Below, piece by piece: positions 1-9,461 of a DNA stretch of 64,000 bases. The stretch's first letter is position 1. Each line of letters starts with the position of its first letter. The translations under genes and the position numbers were made by a program. The stretch covers positions 800,001 to 864,000 of the forward strand of contig JBGANV010000001.1 of assembly GCA_044222185.1 (NCBI GenBank). The letters run 5' to 3'. The DNA is from Planctomycetota bacterium (GTDB taxonomy: Bacteria > Planctomycetota > GCA-002687715 > CAIWVZ01). The notes under the pieces are model-generated. The model was not told the DNA's origin. It did no database searches and was given only the letters and a program-made list of their open reading frames with translations.

Positions 1-1
1 C

Positions 2-160
2 CGGTGGGTGGATCGGGACATCTTCGACGACGTCGGCTGCTTGCTCGAGAGGCGGCTGACGCCGGACCAGTTCAAGCGTCTCGCGCGAAGCTTCGGCCAG
101 CGTCGATCCGAACTTGGCTCGGGACGCGCGGTCGGCGGCACTCCGAAGCCGCGGGAGTAG
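2..160 (+). CDS. Possible 3' end of a gene entering from the left edge
   Basis: Frame 2 is open from the edge to TAG at 158-160 (RWVDRDIFDDVGCLLERRLTPDQFKRL...) with GC-rich third positions; no family recognised. Confidence 0.35.
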   Translation, partial: RWVDRDIFDDVGCLLERRLTPDQFKRLARSFGQRRSELGSGRAVGGTPKPRE

Positions 161-285
161 TCTTGTCGTCGTGCGACGCAGGGCCAAACGCGGGGGCACG
201 CTTCATTCCGGAGCCAGCGCCGTCCCGCCGACTCTCATCGTCGCGGGTCGACGCGGCCGTCTCGCTGTCAGCCATGGAGAGATCG

Positions 286-816
286 ATGCACGGTTTGCGG
301 ATCGTGGTGACTTGCGTCTTGGGCGCAGTGACGTTCGGGATCATTCACGATCAGGTCACGGCGAGGGTCTGCATCGAGTACTTCACCGTCGGACACCCGC
401 GGATCCTGGACTCCGATGATCCGACACTCCTGGCGCTCGTCTGGGGATTCCTCGCGACCTGGTGGGTGGGCATCCTCCTCGGGGTGTCTCTCGCACTCGC
501 CGCACGAAACGGACCGCGGCCCAAGGTCGATTCGGCGGCGCTGGTCCGTCCTGTCGCAGGGGTCCTCGCGGTCACGGCGGTCGGCGCGCTCCTCGCCGGA
601 CTCGCGGGATGGTTCGGGGCTGAGCGCGGTCTCGTCGTGCTCCCGATGCCGCTCGGGGAGCGAGTTCCTCCGGGGCGTCACGTCGCGTTCGTGGCGGACC
701 TCTGGGCCCACGGGGCCAGCTATGCGTTGGGTTTCATCGGAGGAGGCTTTCTGGTCGTCAGGACATGGCGCTCGCGAATCCGCGCGACTCCGCAGATCCG
801 TCGCCCGAGCGGCTGA
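286..816 (+). CDS. Hypothetical integral membrane protein (about 4 TM)
   Basis: Hydrophobic helices around FGIIHDQVTARVCIEYFTVGHP and WGFLATWWVG; ATG 286 follows GGAGA (ATG 274 is the alternative). The N-terminal part of the 4..816 ORF looks non-coding. Confidence 0.75.
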   Translation: MHGLRIVVTCVLGAVTFGIIHDQVTARVCIEYFTVGHPRILDSDDPTLLALVWGFLATWWVGILLGVSLALAARNGPRPKVDSAALVRPVAGVLAVTAVGALLAGLAGWFGAERGLVVLPMPLGERVPPGRHVAFVADLWAHGASYALGFIGGGFLVVRTWRSRIRATPQIRRPSG

Positions 817-913
817 TTCCGCGACGTCGGGTTCGCGCGCCTTGGCTGTGCGCCATTCGTGGCGATTTCGCGATTCGGGCGGGCGAGGCAGTCCTCCGTA
901 AGATGCGAGGCTC

Positions 914-1828
914 ATGACGCGGCGACGATGGTCCTACCTGGCTCTCGCGGGCGTGGTGGCGGCTGCGGTTGCCGCATCGCGCCTTCGGTATTGGGACGGA
1001 CTCGAACCGAGTCGACTGGGTGCATCGGAGCGACTTCCCGTGGCGTCCGCGCGAGCGCTTCGCGCCGCACTCCAAGCTCGCGACCGAGAGCGCGTGTTCG
1101 TGCAGCCCGGGGCGCGACTCGCGCGCGGCGCGCGCCGGTACGAGTTCCGTGAGGGGCCGGTCGGCGACACGACGGTGATGATCGACGCCGGCGGCTCGGT
1201 CGTCGGCATCTTCAGGGCTCGGGTCATCCTCTGGTTCGTCGATGACCGGCGATTGCTCGTGGAATCGCTGGGCCTCGCGCCCGCGCCCGGAGCCGATTCG
1301 GCCTGGGTGACGTTCCAACTCGTCGACATCGAGCGCCTGAAAGGGATCGACGACGTCACCGCGGTCGTCGGAAGTCGGGGCCCGGGCGAGCCGCTCGCCA
1401 TGTTCGACGCTGGGCCGATCGAATCGGTCAGCGTCCCTGACCAGCCGGTCGCGGAGCGACTGAAGGGGCCAGTGCGGATTCCGGTGCCCAGGGCTTTCTC
1501 CGAGTTGGAGCCCGTGTTTCGCTTCGATCCGTATTGGACGCGGGCAACGGAGCCGAACACCGGGCGACGCACCGTCACCTGGCTCATCGTCGTCGATTCC
1601 AAAGCCGCGACCAGCGAGTTCCGCCCGCAGTTCTGGTGGACGAAGCCTGCCCGGGATTTCGACGTGCTTGCGTCCCAGGCCGCGAGGGACGTTCCCGAGC
1701 CGGACTACCTGGCCGTCTTCGTCCCCGAGCTGAAGCGCGTGGGCGGTTCCGGTTGGAGGATGCGGCCGTTCCTCCTCGATGAAGCCGGCCGCGAACTCGC
1801 GGGCTGGGCCGCACCGGATGACGAGTGA
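914..1828 (+). CDS. Hypothetical exported or membrane-anchored protein
   Basis: GAGG before ATG, basic N-terminus plus hydrophobic helix, coding-like codon usage; no family recognised. Confidence 0.65.
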   Translation: MTRRRWSYLALAGVVAAAVAASRLRYWDGLEPSRLGASERLPVASARALRAALQARDRERVFVQPGARLARGARRYEFREGPVGDTTVMIDAGGSVVGIFRARVILWFVDDRRLLVESLGLAPAPGADSAWVTFQLVDIERLKGIDDVTAVVGSRGPGEPLAMFDAGPIESVSVPDQPVAERLKGPVRIPVPRAFSELEPVFRFDPYWTRATEPNTGRRTVTWLIVVDSKAATSEFRPQFWWTKPARDFDVLASQAARDVPEPDYLAVFVPELKRVGGSGWRMRPFLLDEAGRELAGWAAPDDE

Positions 1829-2111
1829 CGCCAGGTGATCGGCGTCGGGTGGATTCTGAGATTCCCGGCGAACGACGAGCACCTCGCGATTGCGAAGGGC
1901 GTGGCGGATCTCAGTGTCTCGGGCGCGTTTTCGATGGCCGGGCCGGTCCCGCACGAAAATCGTGGACGGACGCAGGCAGGTCTTTAGACTCTGCCGACCG
2001 TCGAGGCTCGCTGCCGGATCCATTGCGGAAAGCCTCAGGTACGCGGGCGCCGCTGAGGCGAGTCGGAACTGACAACTTCGTGCGCAGCGGTTCGAAACCA
2101 GGAGGTCGGAC

Positions 2112-3692
2112 GTGATCGGACGGGCGCAGCTTCACAGCTTCATCCTGATCCTGGCGATCGCTACAGGAACGTTCGCGCAGACGTACTGCATTCCCGCCTC
2201 GACCAACTACAGTTGCAGCGCTGGCGACGAGTACATCCAAAACGTCACGATCGGCTCCCTCAACAACTCGTCACCGTGCGGACCACCGCCGGGATACGAG
2301 GACTTCACGACGACCGTCCCGCCGGTGGTGCTCGCTCCAGGGACGTCCGTGCCCATCTCCGTCACCGTCGGATCGTTCTGGACAGGGGACCGGGTGGCAG
2401 TTTTCCTGGACGTCGACGGCGACCGCACGTTCCAGGTGTCGGAGCTCCTGGCGATCCTCACCACCAGCGTCGCCGGAAGCGGCACGGCATCTCAGGTGCT
2501 CGGCGGTAGCGTCGCCATTCCGGCGACGGCGACGCCTGGCTTCACCACGCGACTCCGGCTCCGATTGCTCTTCGGCCCGGTCTTCCTTCCCGATCCCCTC
2601 CTCGCGTGCCAGGCCGCAACGTACGGGAACTGCGAGGACTACCTCGCGACATTCGCCGGAACGTTCGTTCCGCAATATCAGGTCAATCAGGCCGGGGCGG
2701 GATGTGAGATCGACGGCGTGACGGGGATCGCCATCACCCCCGCGATCGTCACGCGCTGTGCCGGGACCGGATTCACCGTTCATCTGAACTCGACCGCCGT
2801 CGGGAACGTTTGGGATCTCGCGATCTCACCGCTGCCGATCGTCCCGGCGACCGGCGGCGGACTGACGCTGGGCAGCGGGCAGATCGTCAACCTCGATCTC
2901 GCGTCGACGGCGCTCGCCTTCGGGGGATTCGTCACGCCATTCGTCCCGGTGAACATCCCGGTCGTCATGAACGCGGCGATCGGTGCGAGTTTCCAGATGG
3001 CCGTGACCTCGCCGTCATCGCCCGACGGGGTCTGGCTGAGTCAAGCGACGCGGCTCACGATCGGGCTGGGCTCCGTGATCCCGGGCCCCTCTGGCGACGA
3101 CGACTTCGTCGCGATTCCCCTCGGCGGCCCTCCGGGTTGCGGGCCGGGCGCGATCACGTTCTACAACACGAACTACTCGACGATGGTGGTCACGTCGAAT
3201 GGTCGGGCGATGTTCGGCGTGGGCAACGCGGGTTACACCCCGTCACCGACGGTTGCAGCAGCCGAGGCACCGAGCGTCGGATGCTGGACGAATTTCAACC
3301 GCCTGCTCGGTGGGTCGATCGACGTTGACTTCTCCGCCCCGGGAATCGTCTCGGTCAACTACACCGGCGTCGCATACTTCGGTCAGCCTGGGACGTCGTC
3401 CACGTATTCCATCGTCTTCGAAACGTCCAGCGGGATCGTGAGGATCAGCAACGTGAGCGGGCTCGGGCAGCAGAGTGCCGGCGGGACGTTGAACATGTGG
3501 CTCGGGATCTCGCCCGGGTATCCGGGTGGCGCCACGAACGCGGGCGCGACGGTCTTCTATCCCGGGGGATCGGGGACTCCCGCGAGCTTCCACCATGAGA
3601 TCTATGGTTTCGGCGCCGCCCCACAGAACGCAGGCTGCAGCGAGATCCTCTTCATCCCGGCTGGCAGCGGATACGTCTGGGCGGCGTCCTGA
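2112..3692 (+). CDS. Exported GEVED-domain protein (GEVED + middle beta module + NIDO-like C-terminal module)
   Basis: AGGAGG RBS before GTG; signal peptide ending TFA/QTYC; YC...EYIQNVTIG, YEDFT, VFLDVDGD, TRLRLR and GNCEDY are GEVED hallmarks; paralog at 19299. Confidence 0.85.
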   Translation: MIGRAQLHSFILILAIATGTFAQTYCIPASTNYSCSAGDEYIQNVTIGSLNNSSPCGPPPGYEDFTTTVPPVVLAPGTSVPISVTVGSFWTGDRVAVFLDVDGDRTFQVSELLAILTTSVAGSGTASQVLGGSVAIPATATPGFTTRLRLRLLFGPVFLPDPLLACQAATYGNCEDYLATFAGTFVPQYQVNQAGAGCEIDGVTGIAITPAIVTRCAGTGFTVHLNSTAVGNVWDLAISPLPIVPATGGGLTLGSGQIVNLDLASTALAFGGFVTPFVPVNIPVVMNAAIGASFQMAVTSPSSPDGVWLSQATRLTIGLGSVIPGPSGDDDFVAIPLGGPPGCGPGAITFYNTNYSTMVVTSNGRAMFGVGNAGYTPSPTVAAAEAPSVGCWTNFNRLLGGSIDVDFSAPGIVSVNYTGVAYFGQPGTSSTYSIVFETSSGIVRISNVSGLGQQSAGGTLNMWLGISPGYPGGATNAGATVFYPGGSGTPASFHHEIYGFGAAPQNAGCSEILFIPAGSGYVWAAS

Positions 3693-3771
3693 CGTCCCTG
3701 CGCGCCGCCGCACATCGGGTTGATGACGTGACTGCCGTCGCAAGGCGTGTGACCTGCGGGCCTCCGCGACG

Positions 3772-4236
3772 TCACCGGTTCGTTCGGCGACCAAACGGTG
3801 ACGTCGCCCCGTCGACTGCGTCTCTGAAGAGTCGGTAGTGCGTCTTCAACTGGTCGACGTACGACGCGTCGCGGAGTGGGATCGCGCTGACCATCCGGAG
3901 AATCGCGTCTGCGAGGTTGGACTGGTCGCTGGCCATGTTCAGGATCGGGCCCTTCAGCTCGTGTATGACTTCCGGGTCGTCGTCCCGCGCCCACCTGGCG
4001 TAGAACGCATCCGATTCCCAACCGAAGGCGATCACTGCGAGCGGCCGGTCGATGGCCGAGGACACGACCTGGAGGAACACACGCCGGCAGTCACACCCAC
4101 CGTCCGCGCAATACAGTTCGATCAGCGTGTATCGACCCGGCGGAAGGCCGAATTCCGTTCCCCGGCCGATCGGGATGGAACGGGTCTCCCTGCGCGCGAT
4201 CTCGAGGAACAGATCGTGGAATGGTCGGTAGGACAT
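3772..4236 (-). CDS. Hypothetical protein with a putative metal-binding CxxxxCxC motif
   Basis: ELYCADGGCDCRRV motif; globular composition. Confidence 0.7.
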   Translation of the reverse strand: MSYRPFHDLFLEIARRETRSIPIGRGTEFGLPPGRYTLIELYCADGGCDCRRVFLQVVSSAIDRPLAVIAFGWESDAFYARWARDDDPEVIHELKGPILNMASDQSNLADAILRMVSAIPLRDASYVDQLKTHYRLFRDAVDGATSPFGRRTNR

Positions 4237-4367
4237 GGCCGCAGGCTAATCGCCGTCGGGTCCCGCGCCCAGAGGATTCCCCGCCATGCCATCCGGAGCG
4301 CCGGGAGACCGACGCCAACCTGACCCCGGGGATGAGCGGCGGGAATCCGTACGATTCCCAAACCGGC

Positions 4368-4394
4368 TGTCGATCTGGGCCGTCGCCGCTCGAC
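4368..4394 (+). promoter_or_regulatory. ECF42-type promoter TGTCGA-N17-CGAC
   Basis: TGTCGA 4368-4373 and CGAC 4391-4394, about 40 nt upstream of the DGPF-sigma operon; matches the described ECF42 consensus TGTCGA / CG(A/T)C. Confidence 0.7.
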
Positions 4395-4432
4395 CAGCAG
4401 TGTTCCCTGAATCACGAAACGAGGAGCAACCC

Positions 4433-4798
4433 GTGAAGTACCTGTGCCTGGCGTACGGCGATCAGAAGAAGATGGAGGCGTTGACCAAGGCCGAGTTCGA
4501 GGCGCTCGTCGCCAAGTGTGGCCCCATGGACGAGGAGTTGCGGCGAACCGGCAACGTCCGCATGACCGAGAGCCTGGAATGGGCCACGACGACGATCCGC
4601 ACGCGCGACGGCAAGCAAGTCGTCACCGACGGGCCGTTCGTCGAGTCGAAAGAGAAGGTCGGCGGGCTTTTCATCATCGAGGCCCGTGACATGAACGAGG
4701 CGATTCGCATCGCATCGATGCACCCCGGTGCGCGCCTGGGCGAGGACCGGGGTTGGGCGGTCGAAGTGCGACCGATCGCCAGCGGCTGCCACCAATAG
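4433..4798 (+). CDS. YciI/DGPF family protein
   Basis: GAGGAG RBS then GTG; KYLCL start, VTDGPFVESKEKVGG and EVRP motifs. Confidence 0.9.
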   Translation: MKYLCLAYGDQKKMEALTKAEFEALVAKCGPMDEELRRTGNVRMTESLEWATTTIRTRDGKQVVTDGPFVESKEKVGGLFIIEARDMNEAIRIASMHPGARLGEDRGWAVEVRPIASGCHQ

Positions 4799-6043
4799 AT
4801 GGGGGACCATGCCGGGGGTGACTGCGGGGAGACGGTGGAGGCCGTCTACCGTGCCGAGTCGCGGCGCGTCCTCGCTACGCTGATCCGACTGCTTGGGGAT
4901 TTCGATCTGGCCGAGGAAGCGCTGCACGATGCGTTCGCGGCAGCGCTCGAGCAGTGGCCGCGAGACGGAGTGCCGGCGAACCCGCGCGTCTGGCTGGTGT
5001 CCGCCGGGCGATTCAAGGCAGTCGATTCGTTACGCCGGCGGGCGCGCTTCGACGCGTCGCTGTCGGCACTCGCGGACCGGCTGCGCGATCCGCTGGCCCC
5101 GGACGACGAGGGCGAAGTCGCGGACGACCGCCTTCGCCTCGTGTTCATCTGCTGTCATCCGCAGCTTGCGCCGGAGGCCCAGGTCGCATTGACGCTCCGC
5201 GAGGTGTGCGGGCTCACGACGGAGGAGATCGCGAGGGCGTTTCTCGTTGCACCGTCGACGATTGCTCAACGGATCGTCCGCGCGAAGGCCAGGATCCGCG
5301 ACGAACGGATGTCCTACGACCTGCCGCCGCTGGCGGAGTTGCCTCGCCGGCTGGACTCCGTGCTTCGAACCGTCTACCTCGTGTTCAACGAGGGCTGGTG
5401 CGCGTCCTCCGGCGCGGGACCGACGCGGCAGGACCTGTCGGCCGAGGCCATACGATTGGGACGCATCCTGGTCGAGCTGATGCCCGAGCCGGAAGTGGCG
5501 GGGCTTCTCGCTTTGATGCTGCTTCACGACTCACGGCGGGCGGCGCGGACGTCGCCGGCGGGCGAACTCGTTCTTCTCGATGATCAGGACCGCGGTCTAT
5601 GGGACGCAGCTCAGATCGCAGAGGGTGCCGCACTGGTCGAGCGAGCGCTGCGCTCGCAAAGGTTCGGGACGTACACGCTCCAGGCGGCGATCGCCGCCGT
5701 CCATGCCGAAGCTCCGGACGCGGGATCGACGGACTGGCGGCAGATCGTCGGCCTGTACGACGTGCTCGTCCGAGCTGCACCGACCCCCGTCGTCGAACTC
5801 AATCGAGCCATCGCCGTCGCGATGCGGGACGGCCCCGCTGCGGGCCTGACGCTCGTGGATGCGCTGTTGATGCGCGGCGAGCTGACCGACTACCTTCCGG
5901 CGCATGCCGCCCGAGCAGACCTCTGCTTTCGTCTGGGCTGCCGTGCAGATGCGCGCGCATCGTGGACGCGGGCACTCGAACTGGTGCGCCAGGACGCCGA
6001 GCGCCGCTATTTCCAGCGACGGCTCGACGACCTCGACGCCTGA
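4799..6043 (+). CDS. ECF RNA polymerase sigma factor with C-terminal DUF6596/TPR extension (ECF42-like)
   Basis: Region 2 DLAEEALHDAF...WPRDGVP, DDRLRLVFICCHP, region 4 GLTTEEIARAF, LVFNEG, DQDRGLWD, TPR tail; abuts the DGPF gene. Confidence 0.9.
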   Translation: MGDHAGGDCGETVEAVYRAESRRVLATLIRLLGDFDLAEEALHDAFAAALEQWPRDGVPANPRVWLVSAGRFKAVDSLRRRARFDASLSALADRLRDPLAPDDEGEVADDRLRLVFICCHPQLAPEAQVALTLREVCGLTTEEIARAFLVAPSTIAQRIVRAKARIRDERMSYDLPPLAELPRRLDSVLRTVYLVFNEGWCASSGAGPTRQDLSAEAIRLGRILVELMPEPEVAGLLALMLLHDSRRAARTSPAGELVLLDDQDRGLWDAAQIAEGAALVERALRSQRFGTYTLQAAIAAVHAEAPDAGSTDWRQIVGLYDVLVRAAPTPVVELNRAIAVAMRDGPAAGLTLVDALLMRGELTDYLPAHAARADLCFRLGCRADARASWTRALELVRQDAERRYFQRRLDDLDA

Positions 6044-6047
6044 TGGC

Positions 6048-6638
6048 TCAGGAGCCCAGGTTCAGATCGTAGGCCTGGCTCACGATCAGCGGTCCACCGC
6101 ACGCGAACGCGTTCGTGATGATCGCGGCCTGCGTGGAGGCGCGGATGCAGGTGTTCGGCGGCAATGGGCCGAGTGGGAAGGTGAAGGTGTAAAGGCCCGC
6201 CGTGCTCGCGTTTCCCTGGACGAGGATGCTCCATGCGCACGTCAGATCGATGTCGACGGATTGGTTCGACGTTCCGCCGCACGCGGTGAATGGGATGAAG
6301 ATCGCGCCGGGGCAGAAGATCGGGAGGGGGAGGAAGCACGGAACGCACGGGCAGGGATCGATGAGGATGATGACCTGCGCACCTGGCGCAGTCGTCACCG
6401 CGATCGTGAACGTGCCGGCGACCGACAAGTCGAAATAGAGAGGCGTGCACGACGTGCTGCCGGACACGCCGCCGGGGCCACCGACCGTGGATGGCGGCCA
6501 ACATGCCGAAGTCCCGATTCCGCAGCCGGCGCACGTCACGGTGAGGTCGTTGATGAACGGGACGCCAGTCGTCTGGCCGCGTACGTCCGGCGCGACGAAG
6601 GCGGCACTGACGACGAGCGCGAGGATCAGGGATCGCAT
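6048..6638 (-). CDS. Exported Cys-rich hypothetical protein
   Basis: GGAG then ATG 6638 (MRSLILALVVSAAF), signal peptide, 12 Cys in the mature part. Confidence 0.75.
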   Translation of the reverse strand: MRSLILALVVSAAFVAPDVRGQTTGVPFINDLTVTCAGCGIGTSACWPPSTVGGPGGVSGSTSCTPLYFDLSVAGTFTIAVTTAPGAQVIILIDPCPCVPCFLPLPIFCPGAIFIPFTACGGTSNQSVDIDLTCAWSILVQGNASTAGLYTFTFPLGPLPPNTCIRASTQAAIITNAFACGGPLIVSQAYDLNLGS

Positions 6639-6825
6639 GGCTGAACTCCGTTGGTTGGTGTGCGCTGCCCGATGGAAGGCGAGCAGCGTACCAGACGCAG
6701 GCCGCGGCGCTCGCATCGGTGTTCGGTCGTTCGAGGTGCCGTCAGCGTGTGGTTCCAGCGCGGGCCTCCGCCCCGGCGTCGTCCAGTGACGCAATAAAGC
6801 TCGTCAGCCCGGCGGGTTTCGTCGT

Positions 6826-7269
6826 TCAGGGCTTCTTCACGGGAGCCGATGCGGGTTTTGCCGGCAGGTCCTTCTTCTTCACCCATTTCCCGTCCCGAGT
6901 TTTCAGCCAGTCCCCTGGCGCGGCCTTCTCGAATTTCCGGTCGCCGTTCTGTTCGCCGACCTTCGCAGCGGTCACGCCGTTACCCGTCGCGAGCAACGCA
7001 TAGAGTCGGTCCCGGTCCTTGTTCTCGGCGGCGAGGAGATCCTTCACGGTCGTCTTGTCCACGGCTTCCTTCAGGTACTCGGGCTTCACCGCATCGACGG
7101 TGCCGTCCCAACATTCGCCGACCTTTCCACCATTGATCAGCTTCTCGAGCTGCGGATAGCGGTCCTTCATCCGTTGCTTCAGCTCGGCCATCTCATCCGG
7201 CGGCTTCTGGGCGGTCGCGCTCCATGGGAGGACGAGCGCGAAGGACATGCAAAGCATCGTGATCTTCAT
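6826..7269 (-). CDS. ydbL: YdbL / DUF1318 family protein
   Basis: Signal peptide, GKVGE, ENKDR..LY..LA, APGDW...DGKWVKK; last gene of a ydbH-ynbE-ydbL-like operon. Confidence 0.85.
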   Translation of the reverse strand: MKITMLCMSFALVLPWSATAQKPPDEMAELKQRMKDRYPQLEKLINGGKVGECWDGTVDAVKPEYLKEAVDKTTVKDLLAAENKDRDRLYALLATGNGVTAAKVGEQNGDRKFEKAAPGDWLKTRDGKWVKKKDLPAKPASAPVKKP

Positions 7270-7517
7270 TTCGAGTCTCCTCCGGGCTGCACGCTCGTGG
7301 TGTCCCGTTCCGGCTTCGATTCCGGAGCGCTCCGGTCCTTCTCGAAGTCGAAGAAGGACTCGAGCTCACGCTGGACCTTGAGATTCACGTCCACGGTCAA
7401 GTGGATCGGTTTCACCTCGATGGGATCCACGCTCACGTGGTGAGAAGTACAGGCGACGGCGAACGCGGCCAGCACGGCTCCGGCCACGAACCAGGCGGCT
7501 TTGGTGTATCTCGTCAT
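7266..7517 (-). CDS. ynbE: YnbE-like lipoprotein
   Basis: Lipobox FAVAC; KPIHLTVDVNLKVQRELESFF; lies between ydbH and ydbL. Confidence 0.8.
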   Translation of the reverse strand: MTRYTKAAWFVAGAVLAAFAVACTSHHVSVDPIEVKPIHLTVDVNLKVQRELESFFDFEKDRSAPESKPERDTTSVQPGGDSK

Positions 7518-7564
7518 CTCGGTTCTCCAGTTCGGCGGGACGTGGGCTCGAGACTCCAGGAGAG

Positions 7565-9088
7565 TCATCGCGCAGCATGTCCCATGCCGAGCTCCATGCT
7601 GACGGCCATGTCGACCAGCGCATCGAAGCCGTTGACGTTCAGGTTGAGGTCGATTTCCTGCGCGTTCGCGCGGCCGCGACCGACCAGGTGCGTCCGGAGG
7701 GCCAGATCCTCTCCCCGTGGGACGAGTTCGACGTCGAGGGCCGAGTAGAGGAAGTCCTTCAGGCTGGCCGCGACGCGCTCCATGACTCCGACGTCGAGAC
7801 CGGGGATCTCGGCCTCACCCTGCGTCGCGGCCTGCGAATCGAGGAGCCTCCGCAGCGCCGCCGTGTCCCGAACGCGCAGCTGCCCTTCGCGCGAGTGGAA
7901 ACTGCCACTGAGGACGTCGACGCGCAGCCTCGGTTGCGTTCGGACGCGAAGCGTGACGTGCCCGCTGAGTTCGCCCACTCCGCTGGCCCGGCCTCCGGAG
8001 GCGAGTTCGAGCCAGTCCTCCAGGGCGAGCTGCGTGGCCGTCACGGACAACGCAAGGTTGGGATGCGACATGTCGAAGGTAAACGGCGCGATGGCGATCT
8101 GGCCATTTCTCCCGATTCGCACACCGGCATCCTCGATCCTCACGTCGGAGGGTGTCTCGAACGCGAAGACGATTCGACCGCCGCCGATCTCCGCGCGTCC
8201 CGCGCGCGCCGAGGCCCAGGTGATGGTTTGAGCCCCGCGGGTCCGCGGGGGAGAGATGCCATCGAGGCCGAGGTCACAGGCGATGCCGGCAACGCTCCAG
8301 ATTCCGCTCGCGGCGTTCAACCCGAGTGCGTCCGTGCGAACGGAGAGCTGCCCGTCGACACGTCCGCCGGCGATGCGCACCCGGCCCTCGATCACGATCA
8401 AACCCACTGGCCGGGCGCCCATCATGCTGCTCACCAGCTCCGAGAGTGGTTCCCGCTCCCCGAACTCCCAGCGCAGCGGGGAAAGCACGACGTCGATCAC
8501 ACCGGCGCGGCGTTCTCCCGTGATGTGGATCGGCTGACCGAGGAGGTCTCCTGTGACGTCCAGATTCTCCGTGCCGTCCTCGTGGGCGGCGAGGCTGGCG
8601 TCGAGCACGGCTCGCAAGGTGTTCTCACTGGTCGCCCGGACGACGATTTCCGCGGAGCGGATGTCCAGGCGTTCGAACGGCAGAAGACCATTCGATGCGA
8701 TGCCACCGTGGGAGGGCCACGCGACGGGTGAGTCCCCGCTTGCCAGGGTCGGCATGTCGAGCTCGAAGTGGGCGCCATCCACCGTGATCGCGCGGACTCG
8801 CCGCGCGCGCAGCGCCGCAAGGTCGTACGTGACCGAGATCGTCTCCGCGGTGAGGCGCGCTCCGGGCCCCATCCGGAGCCCGGTGATGTCGAGGCCGTGC
8901 AGCGACACGCGCGCGACCCGCAGGCCCTCGACGGCAAGTCCCCGCGCTCGTGCCGCCTCGCGGATCGCGGCTTCGACGTAGCCAGGCAACCAGAAGTGCC
9001 AGAGCGACGTGATCGCGACGGCCACGCACGCCACCGCGGCGGCGACGATCGAAAGGAGTCTCTTCTTCGTGGTCATCATCCAAGACAT
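7565..9088 (-). CDS. ydbH: YdbH-like (AsmA-like) intermembrane lipid-bridge protein
   Basis: N-terminal TM anchor, beta-rich body, GELSG, LKDFLYSAL...GRG...IDLNLNVNG C-terminus; operon context. Confidence 0.8.
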   Translation of the reverse strand: MSWMMTTKKRLLSIVAAAVACVAVAITSLWHFWLPGYVEAAIREAARARGLAVEGLRVARVSLHGLDITGLRMGPGARLTAETISVTYDLAALRARRVRAITVDGAHFELDMPTLASGDSPVAWPSHGGIASNGLLPFERLDIRSAEIVVRATSENTLRAVLDASLAAHEDGTENLDVTGDLLGQPIHITGERRAGVIDVVLSPLRWEFGEREPLSELVSSMMGARPVGLIVIEGRVRIAGGRVDGQLSVRTDALGLNAASGIWSVAGIACDLGLDGISPPRTRGAQTITWASARAGRAEIGGGRIVFAFETPSDVRIEDAGVRIGRNGQIAIAPFTFDMSHPNLALSVTATQLALEDWLELASGGRASGVGELSGHVTLRVRTQPRLRVDVLSGSFHSREGQLRVRDTAALRRLLDSQAATQGEAEIPGLDVGVMERVAASLKDFLYSALDVELVPRGEDLALRTHLVGRGRANAQEIDLNLNVNGFDALVDMAVSMELGMGHAAR

Positions 9089-9461
9089 CCCGGGACCTTG
9101 CCCGCCGACGATTTCGCAACCGCCGTGCCGTCGGCGGGTTCATCGGGTCCCCGTCGATCCGTCGATCTGACCGACCGCGCGGCAATCGCGACCGATCTTG
9201 GTTGGTCGAACATGGACCGACGGGTGCGTCGAGACGCCCGCGGGCGTGATCTCGCTGCCGACGCAGCTCCCGTCGCGTTTCCTCACGGGGTGCCGTTCGA
9301 CTTCCGATACTGGATCGTCGTTTCCGCGTCGACCTTCGGGTAGTCTGCGAGCCACGGACTGGTAGGGACCGGGCACGCATCGGGCGAGAACGACGTCGGG
9401 CGTCGTTCCTCGCGCCGCGCCGCTTCGGCGACCACGCCCTGATCGTGGAGGAGCCCCGCAC

